Positions 1 through 10,906 are shown, counted from the first letter of the stretch. The stretch: 64,000 nucleotides of DNA from an uncultured Nitrospiraceae bacterium (GCA_963727775.1 CAVSHB010000001.1:672001-736000), one strand, 5' to 3'. Numbers and translations are program-made. The notes: generated by a model not told the origin, from the sequence alone.

Positions 1-6
1 AATTAT

Positions 7-602
7 ATACCCCGCTGTCTCTGCGGGGGGGAAACCGTGAACCCCCTTTTGAAAAGGGGGTTTGGGGGATTATAATGCTGTTACAATGGAACTGGGAAAG
101 AGGCCTCATGCGGTCTATAAGATTCGATACCATTTGGTGACTGCTGTAAAGTACCGTAAGGTTTTGTTGAATGAGGAAGTTGAGAAATGTATCAGAGAGA
201 CAATGAGGGGAATTACTGAACGGTACAATATTGTAATCGATGAAATTGGATTTGATGAGGATCATATACATATCTTCTGCGGTGCTCAACCGCAATATAG
301 CCCGAGTCAGGTGCTGAACGTAATTAAGTCGATAACGGCGAAACGAGTATTCGAAGAATTTCCGAAGATGAAGAAAGTAGAATTGTGGGGTGGAGAATTC
401 TGGAGTGACGGCAAGGACATAGGAACGGTCGGGGATGCAACAAATGAAGAAGTGATTAAGCGATACATAAGGAATCAGACTTTGGATAAGTCTGAAATAG
501 AGCGGCGCACAGGTCAGCTAAAACTGTTCAAAATTTAAAGATGCCATCGCTGGTGAGAGTTTTCCGAGATACCCCGCCGTCTCTGCGGCGGGGCGGTTCA
601 TT
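7..602 (+). mobile_element. IS200/IS605-family element (tnpA only); left cleavage site may lie outside the window
   Basis: Related subterminal hairpins ATACCCCGCTGTCTCTGCGGGGGGG (7-31) and ATACCCCGCCGTCTCTGCGGCGGGG followed by CGGTTCATT (569-602) flank an HUH transposase. Confidence 0.85.
86..538 (+). CDS. tnpA: IS200/IS605 family Y1 transposase TnpA
   Basis: YHLV..KYRK, HUH motif DHIHI, FWSDG, catalytic YIRNQ; ATG at 86 preferred over TTG at 62. Confidence 0.95.
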   Translation: MELGKRPHAVYKIRYHLVTAVKYRKVLLNEEVEKCIRETMRGITERYNIVIDEIGFDEDHIHIFCGAQPQYSPSQVLNVIKSITAKRVFEEFPKMKKVELWGGEFWSDGKDIGTVGDATNEEVIKRYIRNQTLDKSEIERRTGQLKLFKI

Positions 603-741
603 CATAAAACTTCTGGGTGCCGACAAATACAGTATTTGCGCTCATTCTCGGCCCGGTAAAAATCGGGCCTCCGAGGTAAATTCTTTCTTCAAAAGAATTT
701 AAAACCGCTTAAATACTGCATCTGTCGGTAGTTTTGTGAAT
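600..741 (+). repeat. Structured intergenic repeat, copy A
   Basis: Terminal IR ATTCATAAAAC/GTTTTGTGAAT; long outer stem; core CGCTCATTCTCG-hairpin-CTCCGAGG-hairpin-CCGCT; near-identical to 60672-60786. Confidence 0.9.
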
Positions 742-749
742 AGTGCAGG

Positions 750-1868
750 TTAACGAATCGGGGTATATCCTCCGGGGACGCCGCTTTTGGAAAGTACGAT
801 CTGCCAAACCTGCTGACACCGGGACCTGAATGAACCGGCGCAGCTTAACAGATAATACTTCCACATCCGGTAAAATCGTTGATCATAAGATTTTGTTAAT
901 CTGGCCCAATTGGAATTAAAGTTCTTGAACCATGACATTGTAGTGGCGTCATAATCAAAGCCGATGTTGTGGATATCTTCTGCAACGAACAACCCTTCGA
1001 TGGCCGTGACGATCTGTTTCATCGATGGGACAAATGAATTCGGGAAGATATACTTATCGAGCCAGGGGTCGAAATTGATATTTGTGACGTCGTTTACTAT
1101 GGTATGCAGCAGGAACAGGCCGTCATTCTTCAGACAATTATGGACCTTCTCCATATAGGTTCTATAATTCTTATGTCCCACATGCTCAAACATACCGATG
1201 GACACTATATGATCGAATTTTTCGTCCAGGTCCCTGTAATCCTGAAGCCTGATTTCCACAGGCAGCCCCCTGCAAAGCTCCCTGCCGAGGGACGCCTGTT
1301 CTTTCGAGACCGTTATCCCGGTGACTTCAACCTTGCAGTTTTCAGCGGCATATTTTGCAAGGCTCCCCCAACCGCAGCCGATGTCCAGTATCCTGTCGCC
1401 CGGCTTGAGGCCCAATTTCCTGCAGATCAGTGCCAGCTTGGCTTCTTGCGCGTCATCCAGGTTTCCGGAATCCTTCCAGTAAGCGCAACTGTAGACCATC
1501 CTTTTATCGAGCATGGCCTTAAAGAGTTCGTTCCCTTTATCGTAATGTTTTTCTCCTATCTGGAAGGCCTTCGATTTTCTGCCCGGGTTGAGGATTACTT
1601 CACCGAGGACCCGAAAAAGGATGCGCCAGTTCTTTTTGATCTTGTCTTCAGGGCGGGTCGGCAGGATCTTCGCGAAAAAATCATCGAGACGCTCGCATTC
1701 CCACCATCCGTCCATATATGCTTCTCCAAGCCCTAAACTGCCTTCTCTAAGTACCCGCTTATAAAACCGCTCGTCCGTTATCCGTATATCCCAGGGCTTG
1801 TCTCCGTTGATGTTAATGCCTGCCGGGGACAGTATCCCCTGCATGATATCTTTTAATCTGGCTGCCAT
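750..1868 (-). CDS. cfa: Cyclopropane-fatty-acyl-phospholipid synthase
   Basis: GSLGLGEAYMDGWW, HYDKGN, YSCAYW, LDIGCGWG, SIGMFEHVG, YIFP, RMWKYYL. Confidence 0.95.
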   Translation of the reverse strand: MAARLKDIMQGILSPAGININGDKPWDIRITDERFYKRVLREGSLGLGEAYMDGWWECERLDDFFAKILPTRPEDKIKKNWRILFRVLGEVILNPGRKSKAFQIGEKHYDKGNELFKAMLDKRMVYSCAYWKDSGNLDDAQEAKLALICRKLGLKPGDRILDIGCGWGSLAKYAAENCKVEVTGITVSKEQASLGRELCRGLPVEIRLQDYRDLDEKFDHIVSIGMFEHVGHKNYRTYMEKVHNCLKNDGLFLLHTIVNDVTNINFDPWLDKYIFPNSFVPSMKQIVTAIEGLFVAEDIHNIGFDYDATTMSWFKNFNSNWARLTKSYDQRFYRMWKYYLLSCAGSFRSRCQQVWQIVLSKSGVPGGYTPIR

Positions 1869-2055
1869 TTTGCCTCAAACATCTTAAATACTGCTCTTTT
1901 TCGATTTTACCACTTTTGGATAAATTTTCAAGGCTGAATGGTTTTACGATTGATTTGTTTTGGTGTTTAAGCGCGGGACAGGACTGATCTATCGTTTAGC
2001 GGTGGGGCTACAATAACTCCATTTGCGAAGGAAAAACAAAAAAGATAATGAACGA

Positions 2056-3609
2056 TTACCGGTCTTTTCTGTTGTACCCGAATCTTTCTTCAAAGACAGG
2101 GGCAATGAGATTGTCGACCGGCGCGTAATCATCGCGGAGAACTACGGAGTATGTTTTCTTCATGAAGTCATTTACCATATTGTCCGGCACTACGGCGGAG
2201 GTAGCCGCACTTTCAAACTTCTCCTTAATGAAGTTCTTAAAATCCATGATGTTCATATCATCCCCGCCGGTGAAAACGATAAAAGTGCTCGTGCCCGTCT
2301 TTTCAAACCAGGGGCTTATTGAGATCAGATGAACATTATTTTCGCCGAAGACCTCTCTCAATGTCCTGATATAGGACGGCAGGAAAGTCCCCTTTTGAAA
2401 ATTGTCGATTATATTTGTCAGCAGTATACCGTGCGGGTTGAGGATATTCCTGATCTGTACTGCAAATTCTTTTGTGGTCAGATGATATGGTATCGAGAGG
2501 TCGTTGTAGGCGTCTATAAAGACGACGTCGTATTTCTCCTTGCAGTTCATCACAAACCAGCGGCCATCGGTGTTGAAAGTGCGTATCTTCGAATTCCGGG
2601 GCAGTCCGAGATATGCATAAGCGATCTTCGTTATCTCAGGGTCTATCTCAACAACATCGAGTTGCGCTTTGGGATAAAAGACCTCCATATACCTCGGGAA
2701 GGTGTATCCTCCTCCCCCGATTGTCAGGCTCCTGAAAGACGCGTCTTTTTCGAACCTCCACTTCAGCAACTCGGAATAGATTTTCTCGTATTGATATTCA
2801 ATATGCAGGGGGTTTTCCAAAGCCACGTAAGAGTGCACCAGGTTGTCCAGTATCATGGCCTCCAGCCGGGTCTTGCCGTCTTTGCTCATGGCCTTCTTCA
2901 GTTTTATCGTGTAATAGTCACTCTCCTTGTAATAATAAGTATCGGAGGTCAACTGTGGTTTAAAGGCCAGACTGTAAGTGCTTGCGATCAAAAGGGAAGG
3001 CAACAGCAGGAGCCCGAAGACAGGCTTTTTTGATCTGAAAAGCGAACCCCATATTATGGCTGTCAAGATCAAAATGCTCCCCATGACCAGAATGATATGT
3101 CTTGTCCCCATCCAGGAGATAAGGAAAAACCCCGCGGCAAAAGTCCCGAGGATTGAACCGAGCGTTGAAACCGCGTATATCTTGCCGACAACATTACCCA
3201 CCCTATCGAGATTCTTAATCGCAAGCTTTACGACAACAGGAGAGATCATCCCGAGAATACAGCTTGGAATAAAAAAAGTAATCGCCGTCATAATCAGGAT
3301 GCGGAGCATGAGGGATGTAGGGAAATGGTATCCAGCAACAATATTCGTCATCGGCGAGATCAATAGAGTGGCAGCACCTGAAACGAGCAAAAGCCATCCA
3401 AGGGTCTTTTTACCGGGGAACCTGTCCGCCAGCTTACCGCCTGAAAATGCGCCGATGCTGATCCCCGCAAGGACAACTCCGATTATACTCGTCCAAGTAT
3501 ACAAAGATACGCCGACAAACGGCGCGAGGATGCGTCCGGCAACGATCTCGATCACCAGGATGCAGAAACTCGCTATAAATGTAATGATATAAGCTGTAAT
3601 AATATTCAT
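2056..3609 (-). CDS. Fused membrane domain / spermidine synthase-like SAM-dependent transferase
   Basis: About 7 N-terminal TM helices (RILAPFVGVSLYTW), then IGGGGYT, VVEIDPE, DVVFIDAY, HLTTKEF, DDYAPV. Confidence 0.9.
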   Translation of the reverse strand: MNIITAYIITFIASFCILVIEIVAGRILAPFVGVSLYTWTSIIGVVLAGISIGAFSGGKLADRFPGKKTLGWLLLVSGAATLLISPMTNIVAGYHFPTSLMLRILIMTAITFFIPSCILGMISPVVVKLAIKNLDRVGNVVGKIYAVSTLGSILGTFAAGFFLISWMGTRHIILVMGSILILTAIIWGSLFRSKKPVFGLLLLPSLLIASTYSLAFKPQLTSDTYYYKESDYYTIKLKKAMSKDGKTRLEAMILDNLVHSYVALENPLHIEYQYEKIYSELLKWRFEKDASFRSLTIGGGGYTFPRYMEVFYPKAQLDVVEIDPEITKIAYAYLGLPRNSKIRTFNTDGRWFVMNCKEKYDVVFIDAYNDLSIPYHLTTKEFAVQIRNILNPHGILLTNIIDNFQKGTFLPSYIRTLREVFGENNVHLISISPWFEKTGTSTFIVFTGGDDMNIMDFKNFIKEKFESAATSAVVPDNMVNDFMKKTYSVVLRDDYAPVDNLIAPVFEERFGYNRKDR

Positions 3610-3689
3610 GCCCGGTCACCTCAGAAAGAGATCTTTATCGGTACATTGTATCACGATGATTTCGGAAAAATTCAAGTCCCGGTTCCCGA

Positions 3690-4123
3690 TTTTTGTTTCA
3701 GTTCTTTTACTCCTTAAACCATATCTGTCCCATGTTATAGGTTCGGCTGCGGGATGGGGAAGGACTGTTGTGCTTTTGCTGACCGGGGTATTTTCAGGAT
3801 TTCTTTCCGGTATGATGGGCGTGGGAGGGGGCACTATTATGGTCCCCGCTATGGTGCTTCTGGCGGGCTTCGGCCAGCATACCGCACAGGGGAGCTCTTT
3901 GCTCGCCATGGTCCCTGCCGGCGCAGTCGGCGCCTTGACCCATAGGCGGCTCGGAAATGTTGATACAAGCCTCCTCACCGGACTTATTCCGGGCATCCTG
4001 ATAGGGACATATCTGGGAGGGAGTCTTGCTCACGAACTTCCGGAGGGAACATTGCGCATAATATTCGCTGCTGTTCTGGTCTGGACCGGGGTCCGTTATC
4101 TTAGGACCAAATCTCCAAAATAA
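3690..4123 (+). pseudogene. Sulfite exporter TauE/SafE family, C-terminal half only
   Basis: GMMGVGGGTIMVP and HTAQGSSL repeat unit present once; N-terminal half missing, no room upstream. Confidence 0.7.
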
Positions 4124-4296
4124 AGTACTAACTGGCAGACAATTGCAACTCCTAACACTAACAATTTCGTCTTTTTAAATTACAAATCATAATGCAAGAG
4201 TGCAACTGGAAATTGATGATAATGATAATGTACGATATTATATTGCAACTTTGTTAGCAATAATTATAGTCACCGATTAAACGAAAAGGAGAAAAA

Positions 4297-4704
4297 ATGA
4301 AATTTGCAAACTTAAAATTAGAAGAGATTATGACAAGACGGGCTTTTTCCGCGAGGAAAGATATGCCGGTAAAAGACATAGCTTTTGAAATATTTTATGG
4401 GTTTTTCAGTGGAATGCCGGTAACTGACGATGATGGCAGAGTTATAGGTGTTGTGACTGAGATTGACTTGTTAAAACAGATTCGTCAGGGTAAGGATCTT
4501 GAAAAACTTAAAGCAGATGAAATAATGACGAAGGAGCCGATAACCATTGATATAAATACTCCGTTAGATGAAGTCTTAAATATCATGATCGAGAAAAACA
4601 TAATAAGAATACCGGTAACAGAGAAAGGCCATCTGGTTGGTGTCATTGCGAGGCGTGATATTTTGAGATATTACCTGCAACCGGAATTTTTTGTGCACTC
4701 ATAG
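4297..4704 (+). CDS. CBS domain protein (tandem CBS pair)
   Basis: EIMT...GMPVTD..GRVIGVVTEIDL and EIMT...RIPVTEKGHLVGVIARRDIL; AGGAG RBS. Confidence 0.92.
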   Translation: MKFANLKLEEIMTRRAFSARKDMPVKDIAFEIFYGFFSGMPVTDDDGRVIGVVTEIDLLKQIRQGKDLEKLKADEIMTKEPITIDINTPLDEVLNIMIEKNIIRIPVTEKGHLVGVIARRDILRYYLQPEFFVHS

Positions 4705-5290
4705 TCTGTAAAGTGATTTTATCTTTGGAAGCACTTTAGGAAATAACAGCTAATATGTCTGAAAACAGTCAGGGGTGACTTATTGATCCCCTTGCCATTG
4801 CAAATTTAACCCGCCTATCTTCGGTATTTCTGCCAGCTCTAAGCTGAAGAAAGGTAACTCAGAAAGGCTATGTTTAGTCCAGGGTGAGATATTTAGCCAT
4901 AAATGCTCTGCGACATCCTTCCTGAAACAGAGATTTTCACCACAACTCTTCCGGTAGCAGAGTACCTGATAACCCTCACCGCGGAGATATGTTCAGGAAT
5001 GAAGGGTTCTGATAATAAAATTATTGTCGGAGGGTAGTTTGTCATTATGGATAGCATAAGTAAAGCCCAGACTCCGCACAACCCTCTGGAAAGGCACTCG
5101 AACTGCTCAAAATGTATAATAGAGAAGATACGGTGAATCTCTTTGATATCGCTGAAATCATTTGTGAGCGGTCAAGAGCGCAGCCCGGCATCGAGGAGTT
5201 CATATCAATACCGTCACACGCCATGAGAGGACTATATCCGATCAGATAGGCACAGCCCGTTACCTTCAGAAGCTGTGCGGGCAGTCGCTG

Positions 5291-5752
5291 ATGCAAGACA
5301 GAGAGGTTTGCGCGCTCTTGGGTGGGCTCGATCTGCACATTGAGGCAACGCAGAATGCTATGGTCAAGGCCGGAATAGTGAAGGAGTGCGCCGACTGCGC
5401 GGTGGGCGGTGAAGGGACGTGTTGCGGAGTTCGCACTGGATATAAGTGCAACAGCGTTCTTCTCTTGATCAATCTGTTGCTGGGAAGAACCCTTCCTCCT
5501 GCACCAGCCGATACACACCTCTGTCACTTTCTGACAAAGCAGGGATGTGCCCTGAGGGCGCGGCACGTGATCTGTGTGAATTTCATCTGTCAAAGACTGA
5601 GGGATGTTCTTCCGCACAACTCATTGTACAGTGTGCAGGATATCGCAGGCGGCGAGATCGACACTCTGTTTGTCCTTGAGGAGTGCATAAAAAAGAAAAT
5701 AGGCGTCGCCATGTTGCTTAGGTCTCAGAAGCAATGGGATGAGAAAATGTAG
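5291..5752 (+). CDS. Cysteine-cluster protein (YkgJ/FliB-like Fe-S/Zn binding)
   Basis: CADC...CC...CHFL...GC..R...C pattern; start uncertain, may extend to about 5223 via a 1-nt indel. Confidence 0.65.
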   Translation: MQDREVCALLGGLDLHIEATQNAMVKAGIVKECADCAVGGEGTCCGVRTGYKCNSVLLLINLLLGRTLPPAPADTHLCHFLTKQGCALRARHVICVNFICQRLRDVLPHNSLYSVQDIAGGEIDTLFVLEECIKKKIGVAMLLRSQKQWDEKM

Positions 5753-5837
5753 TTGAAGGCCTCCCTCGATAACTTCCTGAAACACGCAAGGGCGATTCTT
5801 GCTATAATATTAGAAGTTTCATGTAGTAATTAACAAA

Positions 5838-7667
5838 ATGACAAGAGATCATAATCTTCGCGGAGAAACCAAACCTCCCGACAATTTAGAAAAGCTCGTT
5901 CAAGAACGCGCTGAAGAACTGAGTAAACTCAATGAATTATTGCAATCTGAAGTCACCCAGCATAAAAAAGTACAGGCTAAAATACTTCAACTTGCTTCTT
6001 TTCCCGAACTTAACCCCAATCCTATTATTGAGGTGGATATGGGATACATTGTCGATTATCTCAATCCAACAGCCAAAACTTTATTCCCCGGTATCGAAAA
6101 GACCGGAGTAAAACATCCCTTCTTGCAGGGATTGGATTCTGAATTTGCCATGCTTGTAACCAAAGAGAAGAAATCCCATGTCCGTGAAGTTACAGTTGAT
6201 AATGTTTGGTACGAGCAGTTTATTCACTATGTCTTGGAATTCAATCACATACGAATCTATGGTCGGGATATTAGTGCGCGCAAGCGGGCAGAAGAGAAGC
6301 TACGCAAAGCCCATGATGAATTGGAAACGCAGGTTCAGGAGCGAACCGCAGAGATAAGAAGAGCTAACCGCGCCTTAAGAATGCTCTATGAATGTAACCA
6401 GATTATTGTTCATGCGACAAATGAAATGGATCTTTTGCATGACATTTGCAGAACTGTTGTGGAAACTGGAGGCTATCGTATGTCATGGGTCGGTTATGCA
6501 GAACATGACAATGAGAAAAGAGTTCATCCTGTGGCACAGGCCGGTTATGAGGACGGATACCTTGAAACTTTGGATATCACTTGGGCCGATAGTGAACGAG
6601 GCCGTGGTCCGACAGGCACCGCTATCCGGACGGGAGACCCCTCGATCGGGAGAAACTTCCTGACCGATCCTAATTTTGAGCCATGGCGTGCCGAAGCGCT
6701 GAAACGCGGCTATGCATCATCCATCTGTCTTCCCCTGATTGCCGATGGTCAAATCTTTGGCGCACTTACTATGTATGCCGTTGAACCTGACGCCTTTGAT
6801 ATCAAGGAAGTCAAACTGCTGAAAGAATTGGCGGATGACATCGCCTATTCCATCTCGGCTCTCCGGTTACGATCCGAACATTCGCGTACAGATGAAGAAT
6901 TGAGAAAATATCGTGAACACCTTGAAGAAATGGTAGAACAGCGTACAGAGCAATTGAAAAAAATATCAGATGACTTAGCACGTTCCAATATCGACCTCCA
7001 ACAGTTTGCCCATGCAGTCTCACATGACCTGCAGGAACCTTTGCGAACTGTTGCAGGTTTCGTAAAGTTGTTGGAGAGACGATACAAGGGGAAACTCGAT
7101 GCAAAGGCTGATGAGTTCATCGAATATACTGTTGATGGGGCCGAAAGGATGCAGGTACTCATTAAAGATCTTTTAGAATATTCGCAAGTGGGGACAAAGG
7201 ACAAGACATTCAAACCTACAAATTGCTCGGTAGCCCTGGAGCAAGCTATATATAATCTTCATGTGAGTATAGAAGAAAGCGGTACAGAACTGACCTATGA
7301 TCTCCTGCCTACCATAATGGCTAATGCCTCACAATTAAGTAGATTATTCCAGAACTTAATCAGTAATGCTATAAAGTTCCGGAGTAAAAAGCCCCTAAAG
7401 ATTCATATTTCTGCTGAACATAGGGGAAATGAGTGGGTGTTTTCTGTTAGAGATAATGGTATAGGAATAGATCCAAAGTTTGCAAATAGGATATTTGATG
7501 TTTTCCAGCGTCTCCATACAAGAAAGGAATATCCAGGTACAGGTATTGGTCTTACAAATTGCAAGCGGATTGTGGAACATCATGGCGGCAAGATCTGGGT
7601 TGAATCAGAGCTTGGAAAAGGCTCTACATTTTACTTTACAATCCCTGATAGAGAAGCAGCTGTATAA
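5838..7667 (+). CDS. Sensor histidine kinase (PAS-like, GAF, HisKA, HATPase)
   Basis: [24 protein letters not shown]-box [30 protein letters not shown]. Confidence 0.95.
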   Translation: MTRDHNLRGETKPPDNLEKLVQERAEELSKLNELLQSEVTQHKKVQAKILQLASFPELNPNPIIEVDMGYIVDYLNPTAKTLFPGIEKTGVKHPFLQGLDSEFAMLVTKEKKSHVREVTVDNVWYEQFIHYVLEFNHIRIYGRDISARKRAEEKLRKAHDELETQVQERTAEIRRANRALRMLYECNQIIVHATNEMDLLHDICRTVVETGGYRMSWVGYAEHDNEKRVHPVAQAGYEDGYLETLDITWADSERGRGPTGTAIRTGDPSIGRNFLTDPNFEPWRAEALKRGYASSICLPLIADGQIFGALTMYAVEPDAFDIKEVKLLKELADDIAYSISALRLRSEHSRTDEELRKYREHLEEMVEQRTEQLKKISDDLARSNIDLQQFAHAVSHDLQEPLRTVAGFVKLLERRYKGKLDAKADEFIEYTVDGAERMQVLIKDLLEYSQVGTKDKTFKPTNCSVALEQAIYNLHVSIEESGTELTYDLLPTIMANASQLSRLFQNLISNAIKFRSKKPLKIHISAEHRGNEWVFSVRDNGIGIDPKFANRIFDVFQRLHTRKEYPGTGIGLTNCKRIVEHHGGKIWVESELGKGSTFYFTIPDREAAV

Positions 7668-7840
7668 ACTTTCTTATGCTATATTTCTTCCAGTAATAAA
7701 TAATTTTTCTAAACTATAAAATTCTCTCTTTGTAGGTGGAGTCGAGAAAAAAGACATGCCGAGGGGTAAAAGACGCTCGACGACATTTATAGTCTATTCC
7801 CCCAACTGATTCCCGAACAGACTTGTCACTTAAGGGCAGG

Positions 7841-8082
7841 TCAACGGATGTGAGCAGCCTTGTCAAGCACCTCTGAGCCCATTGGTTTAGACTTTTTCCT
7901 GAAGCTTTGGCTATAGTAAGAACCTTGGCGTGGATTTCAGGAGAAACACGGAGCATGAGCTTGCCGGAAGCCGCCTTAAATGGCTTGCGTCCTGTTGCTG
8001 CACAGTCAGCGATATAATGGTTAATAGCAGCCTCAAAATCAACCCTGAGTTCCTTCGTTGTTGTCCCATGAAAAGTGATACC
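7841..8082 (-). pseudogene. hicB: HicB family antitoxin remnant
   Basis: ITFHG..KELRVDFEAAINHY...SGKLMLRVSPEIH..GKSLNQWA, then frameshift to EVLDKAAHIR*; no N-terminus. Confidence 0.75.
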
Positions 8083-8146
8083 GCTGAATCCTGTCCGGTT
8101 GTGATAAAATAAACAATAAAGTGGAGCATGACAAAAAGGAGAAAAA

Positions 8147-8842
8147 ATGATGGTGCTTGGAAATAGGAATATCCTTGGACGTTTTTTATTCTGCCTGTTT
8201 TTAGCTATGGTAATGATTGCGCCGGGCAGCATTTTCGCGGAAGATTCCCTCGACAAAATAAAGGCAGACCTCCATAGCAGCGACTGGCAAGTACGGCGGG
8301 CTGCCATTGAAAAACTGGACAACCGCAGCGACGAAAAGGCCTTGAATATTTTGCTTGACGTTGCGGGCACACGGAGTGAATATTGGCCGGTCAAGATTAA
8401 GGCGATTCAATTGCTTGGAGAGGCGCGATATGTAAAGGCAGTGGAACTCTTACTGTCAATCTTTAATGATCCCTTTCTTAACTGGGAATGCCCGTCAATA
8501 AAATCTTACACGGCCATTGCACTCGGGAACTTCAAAGGCAATAAAAAGGTAGTCGAGACGCTTATTACCGGCGTGGACGACCGTGAACTTCTTATCAGAG
8601 AGGCTTCAATTCAGGCATTAGGGAAAATCGGCGATCCAAAAGCGGTACCGTATCTGGTCAGACTTCTGGGGGACCGGAGCACTGCCATCAGACTCAGTGT
8701 TATAAGAGCGCTCGAAGGGATTGGCGACCCTCAGGCGATCCCCGATATCCAACGCGTCCTGGAAAGTGAGAGTGATTCAGTAGTCAAGAGTCAGGCAGTG
8801 GCGGCATTGAACAGTTTTCATGGACAAAGCAGTAATAATTAG
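8147..8842 (+). CDS. Exported HEAT/PBS-lyase repeat protein
   Basis: Signal peptide; repeats such as IREASIQALGKIGDPKAVPYL; AGGAG RBS. Confidence 0.9.
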   Translation: MMVLGNRNILGRFLFCLFLAMVMIAPGSIFAEDSLDKIKADLHSSDWQVRRAAIEKLDNRSDEKALNILLDVAGTRSEYWPVKIKAIQLLGEARYVKAVELLLSIFNDPFLNWECPSIKSYTAIALGNFKGNKKVVETLITGVDDRELLIREASIQALGKIGDPKAVPYLVRLLGDRSTAIRLSVIRALEGIGDPQAIPDIQRVLESESDSVVKSQAVAALNSFHGQSSNN

Positions 8843-10464
8843 AGTCTGTCCATAAACTACCGTTTCCTAATTTACGAACAGAAAACTGTCCCGGCAGTGC
8901 CGGCACCTGTTCGGATTGTGGTCCTTATACTTCAAAAAGCATGCTGTCGTCATATTTTTCATGATTTCGGACGTGGATATCCCTTTATGCTCCTTTTGTG
9001 ATCTGCCTTTCGCCTGTCTTCATTGCATCTGCGTTTGCATCTTCGCAAGGAGCGCTCCTGTCATCACACGAATGTTGTAAACAATCACGTTCCAGTACAC
9101 CTTGGCATCAAATCGCGCCCTTGTCTTCCATTCGCACCGGTACAACTCAAAACCCCTTTTCAGATTCGAGATAACTGCTTCAATGCCGCTGCGCCATTTC
9201 TTCAGCCGCGTTTCCATGTTCGCGCTTCTGACGATGTTCTTAAGCGACCCTTTTATCTTATTGAAGACGATGTTGACGATCCCTTTCCCATGCGCTATCC
9301 TCGCATTGTCCTTTGAGGCATAGCCGCCGTCAGTCACCATATCACGGGGGATTATCTTATAGTTATCCTTGAGACGATCTATCACTGCCCCATAAAGTGT
9401 TGTGTCGGCAGGGTTGCCCTCCAGCACCTTGCAATCAAGTATCAGATTGCTACGGCCTGTCGCAAGGTTTATCTTATGTCCAAATTCTACTTCTCTCCTC
9501 CCCTTCACTATGATGTCCGTATGGTCTTCATAGATCGAAAATATCTTCTCTTCGTTCGGCACAGCCTCCCCAAGGATCTCATGTCGCCGGGAGATGTCAT
9601 ATACTTTCTCCGCCTTCGGCAACACGTCTTTCAGTTCTTTCCTTGCCGCCTCTGCAATTATCCAGCCTTCTATCGTTTTGGGCAGTTCTGCTGTTAATGC
9701 CCTCTCTGCCTGGTTGATGCTGCTGCGAAGCAGCTTCAGTTGTTTCTTGAATTCCTCTTCCCGTGCCTCTTTAGCTTTGGTGTTATTGATCTTGTAATGG
9801 TTCTTCTTAGCCTGTTTCTTGTAGCTCCGTACCTTGATCTCCACTCCACTGGCCTTCAGTTTTTTCAATAGTCGATCTATGGTTTTGATGCAGTCCCATA
9901 TCAATGAGTTGTTTGTCGGATAATGTATATTTGTCTCTATTACGGTCCCGTCGGTCCGTATGCTTTTGCCGTCTTCAAGCCCTTCGCCTATTGCGGTTTT
10001 ATTGATCGCTACCATCACCTTATCCAGCGCTTCTCCGCTTATCCGGGATATGTATTTCTGATACGCCTCAAAGGAAAACGGCTTCCGGTCGTCAAGTTTG
10101 ATAAATACCGCGCACATCCTGGAATCATGTTGCGCATGCTCAAGCTCACGATAGGTCAGGTTTTTCATCTCTTTGTATATCGCCGCCCTCACTATCTGTT
10201 CCACTGTCGGCATGTCCTGCCTGCCGAGACTGCTGCTTTCTTTGCCCTTGGTTATGTCATCCTTCACTATTTCGTATATCTCAGGATGCTGGTTCAGTAT
10301 CGTGTCCATTACAGCCAGTTCCGGATTCAAGGCCCACAGCTCTTTTTCAAATTGCAGTTTCAGTTCCTTCAACAGTTTCAAGGCTTCCTCCACGTTTCTT
10401 ATTTCCTCTGCAATTTTACCATTTCTCTTTTTGTTTCCTATAGTTATAATTTATGGACAGACTC
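8842..10464 (-). mobile_element. Complete IS element, ISNCY (IS5-related) type
   Basis: Perfect TIR GAGTCTGTCCATAAA (8842-8856) / TTTATGGACAGACTC (10450-10464); TAATTA duplicated at 8836-8841 and 10465-10470. Confidence 0.9.
9020..10393 (-). CDS. DDE transposase (ISNCY-like)
   Basis: IRTDGTVIETNIHYPT, EKIFSIYEDHTDII.KG...EFGHK, DGGY, WRSGIEAVISNLKR; start may be TTG 10381 behind GGAGG. Confidence 0.92.
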   Translation of the reverse strand: MEEALKLLKELKLQFEKELWALNPELAVMDTILNQHPEIYEIVKDDITKGKESSSLGRQDMPTVEQIVRAAIYKEMKNLTYRELEHAQHDSRMCAVFIKLDDRKPFSFEAYQKYISRISGEALDKVMVAINKTAIGEGLEDGKSIRTDGTVIETNIHYPTNNSLIWDCIKTIDRLLKKLKASGVEIKVRSYKKQAKKNHYKINNTKAKEAREEEFKKQLKLLRSSINQAERALTAELPKTIEGWIIAEAARKELKDVLPKAEKVYDISRRHEILGEAVPNEEKIFSIYEDHTDIIVKGRREVEFGHKINLATGRSNLILDCKVLEGNPADTTLYGAVIDRLKDNYKIIPRDMVTDGGYASKDNARIAHGKGIVNIVFNKIKGSLKNIVRSANMETRLKKWRSGIEAVISNLKRGFELYRCEWKTRARFDAKVYWNVIVYNIRVMTGALLAKMQTQMQ

Positions 10465-10546
10465 TAATTAGAGTCCGTTTATCGGGATGCTTTGACGGGC
10501 ATCAGCTCGATGTTCTTTGTCCATATTGTATGGCTGCTGAATAACG

Positions 10547-10777
10547 CTATTCAACTGCCAGAAATGTTTCGGTCCTTGTGAGCCCTTTTATTTTCCTGAC
10601 TTCCTTGAGAATCTTGTTGAAGATGTCATTCGAGTCCTTTGCCTCAAGGATTACAGCGAGATCATAGGCGCCTGTGATGATATCCGCTTGGGCCACACCT
10701 TTGGTACCGCGCAGCGTATCTCTTATATATCGTTCTTTCCCCGGCAAAACATTGGCCAGCATATATACCCTTGCCAT
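10547..10777 (-). CDS. Stand-alone Lrp/AsnC ligand-binding (RAM) domain protein
   Basis: 76 aa; ITGAYDL, IKGLTRTETF; GGAGG RBS. Confidence 0.88.
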   Translation of the reverse strand: MARVYMLANVLPGKERYIRDTLRGTKGVAQADIITGAYDLAVILEAKDSNDIFNKILKEVRKIKGLTRTETFLAVE

Positions 10778-10864
10778 AAATCTCCTCCTTTATCTTTTTG
10801 AAATCGACAAACTTTACAATGTCCATACATGCAAGTTTTTATGGGAACCCTTGCCCATGATTCA

Positions 10865-10906
10865 ATTTTAGTCCATTTTGACAGGTTGTCAATATGACGA
10901 TACAAT
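10865..10906. promoter_or_regulatory. Back-to-back sigma70-like promoters sharing a palindromic -35 region
   Basis: TTGACA-GGT-TGTCAA at 10878-10892; plus strand TTGACA-17-TACAAT (10901-10906); minus strand TTGACA-16-TAAAAT (10870-10865). Confidence 0.6.

Noticed and set aside
539..602. TnpB/omegaRNA associated with the IS200/IS605 element
   Set aside because: No tnpB ORF; the element ends about 60 nt after tnpA
4705..5290. Short ORFs between the CBS gene and the Cys-cluster gene
   Set aside because: No recognisable motifs or RBS
7714..8394. 226-aa minus-strand ORF as a real gene
   Set aside because: Chimera of HEAT-gene antisense sequence and the hicB remnant
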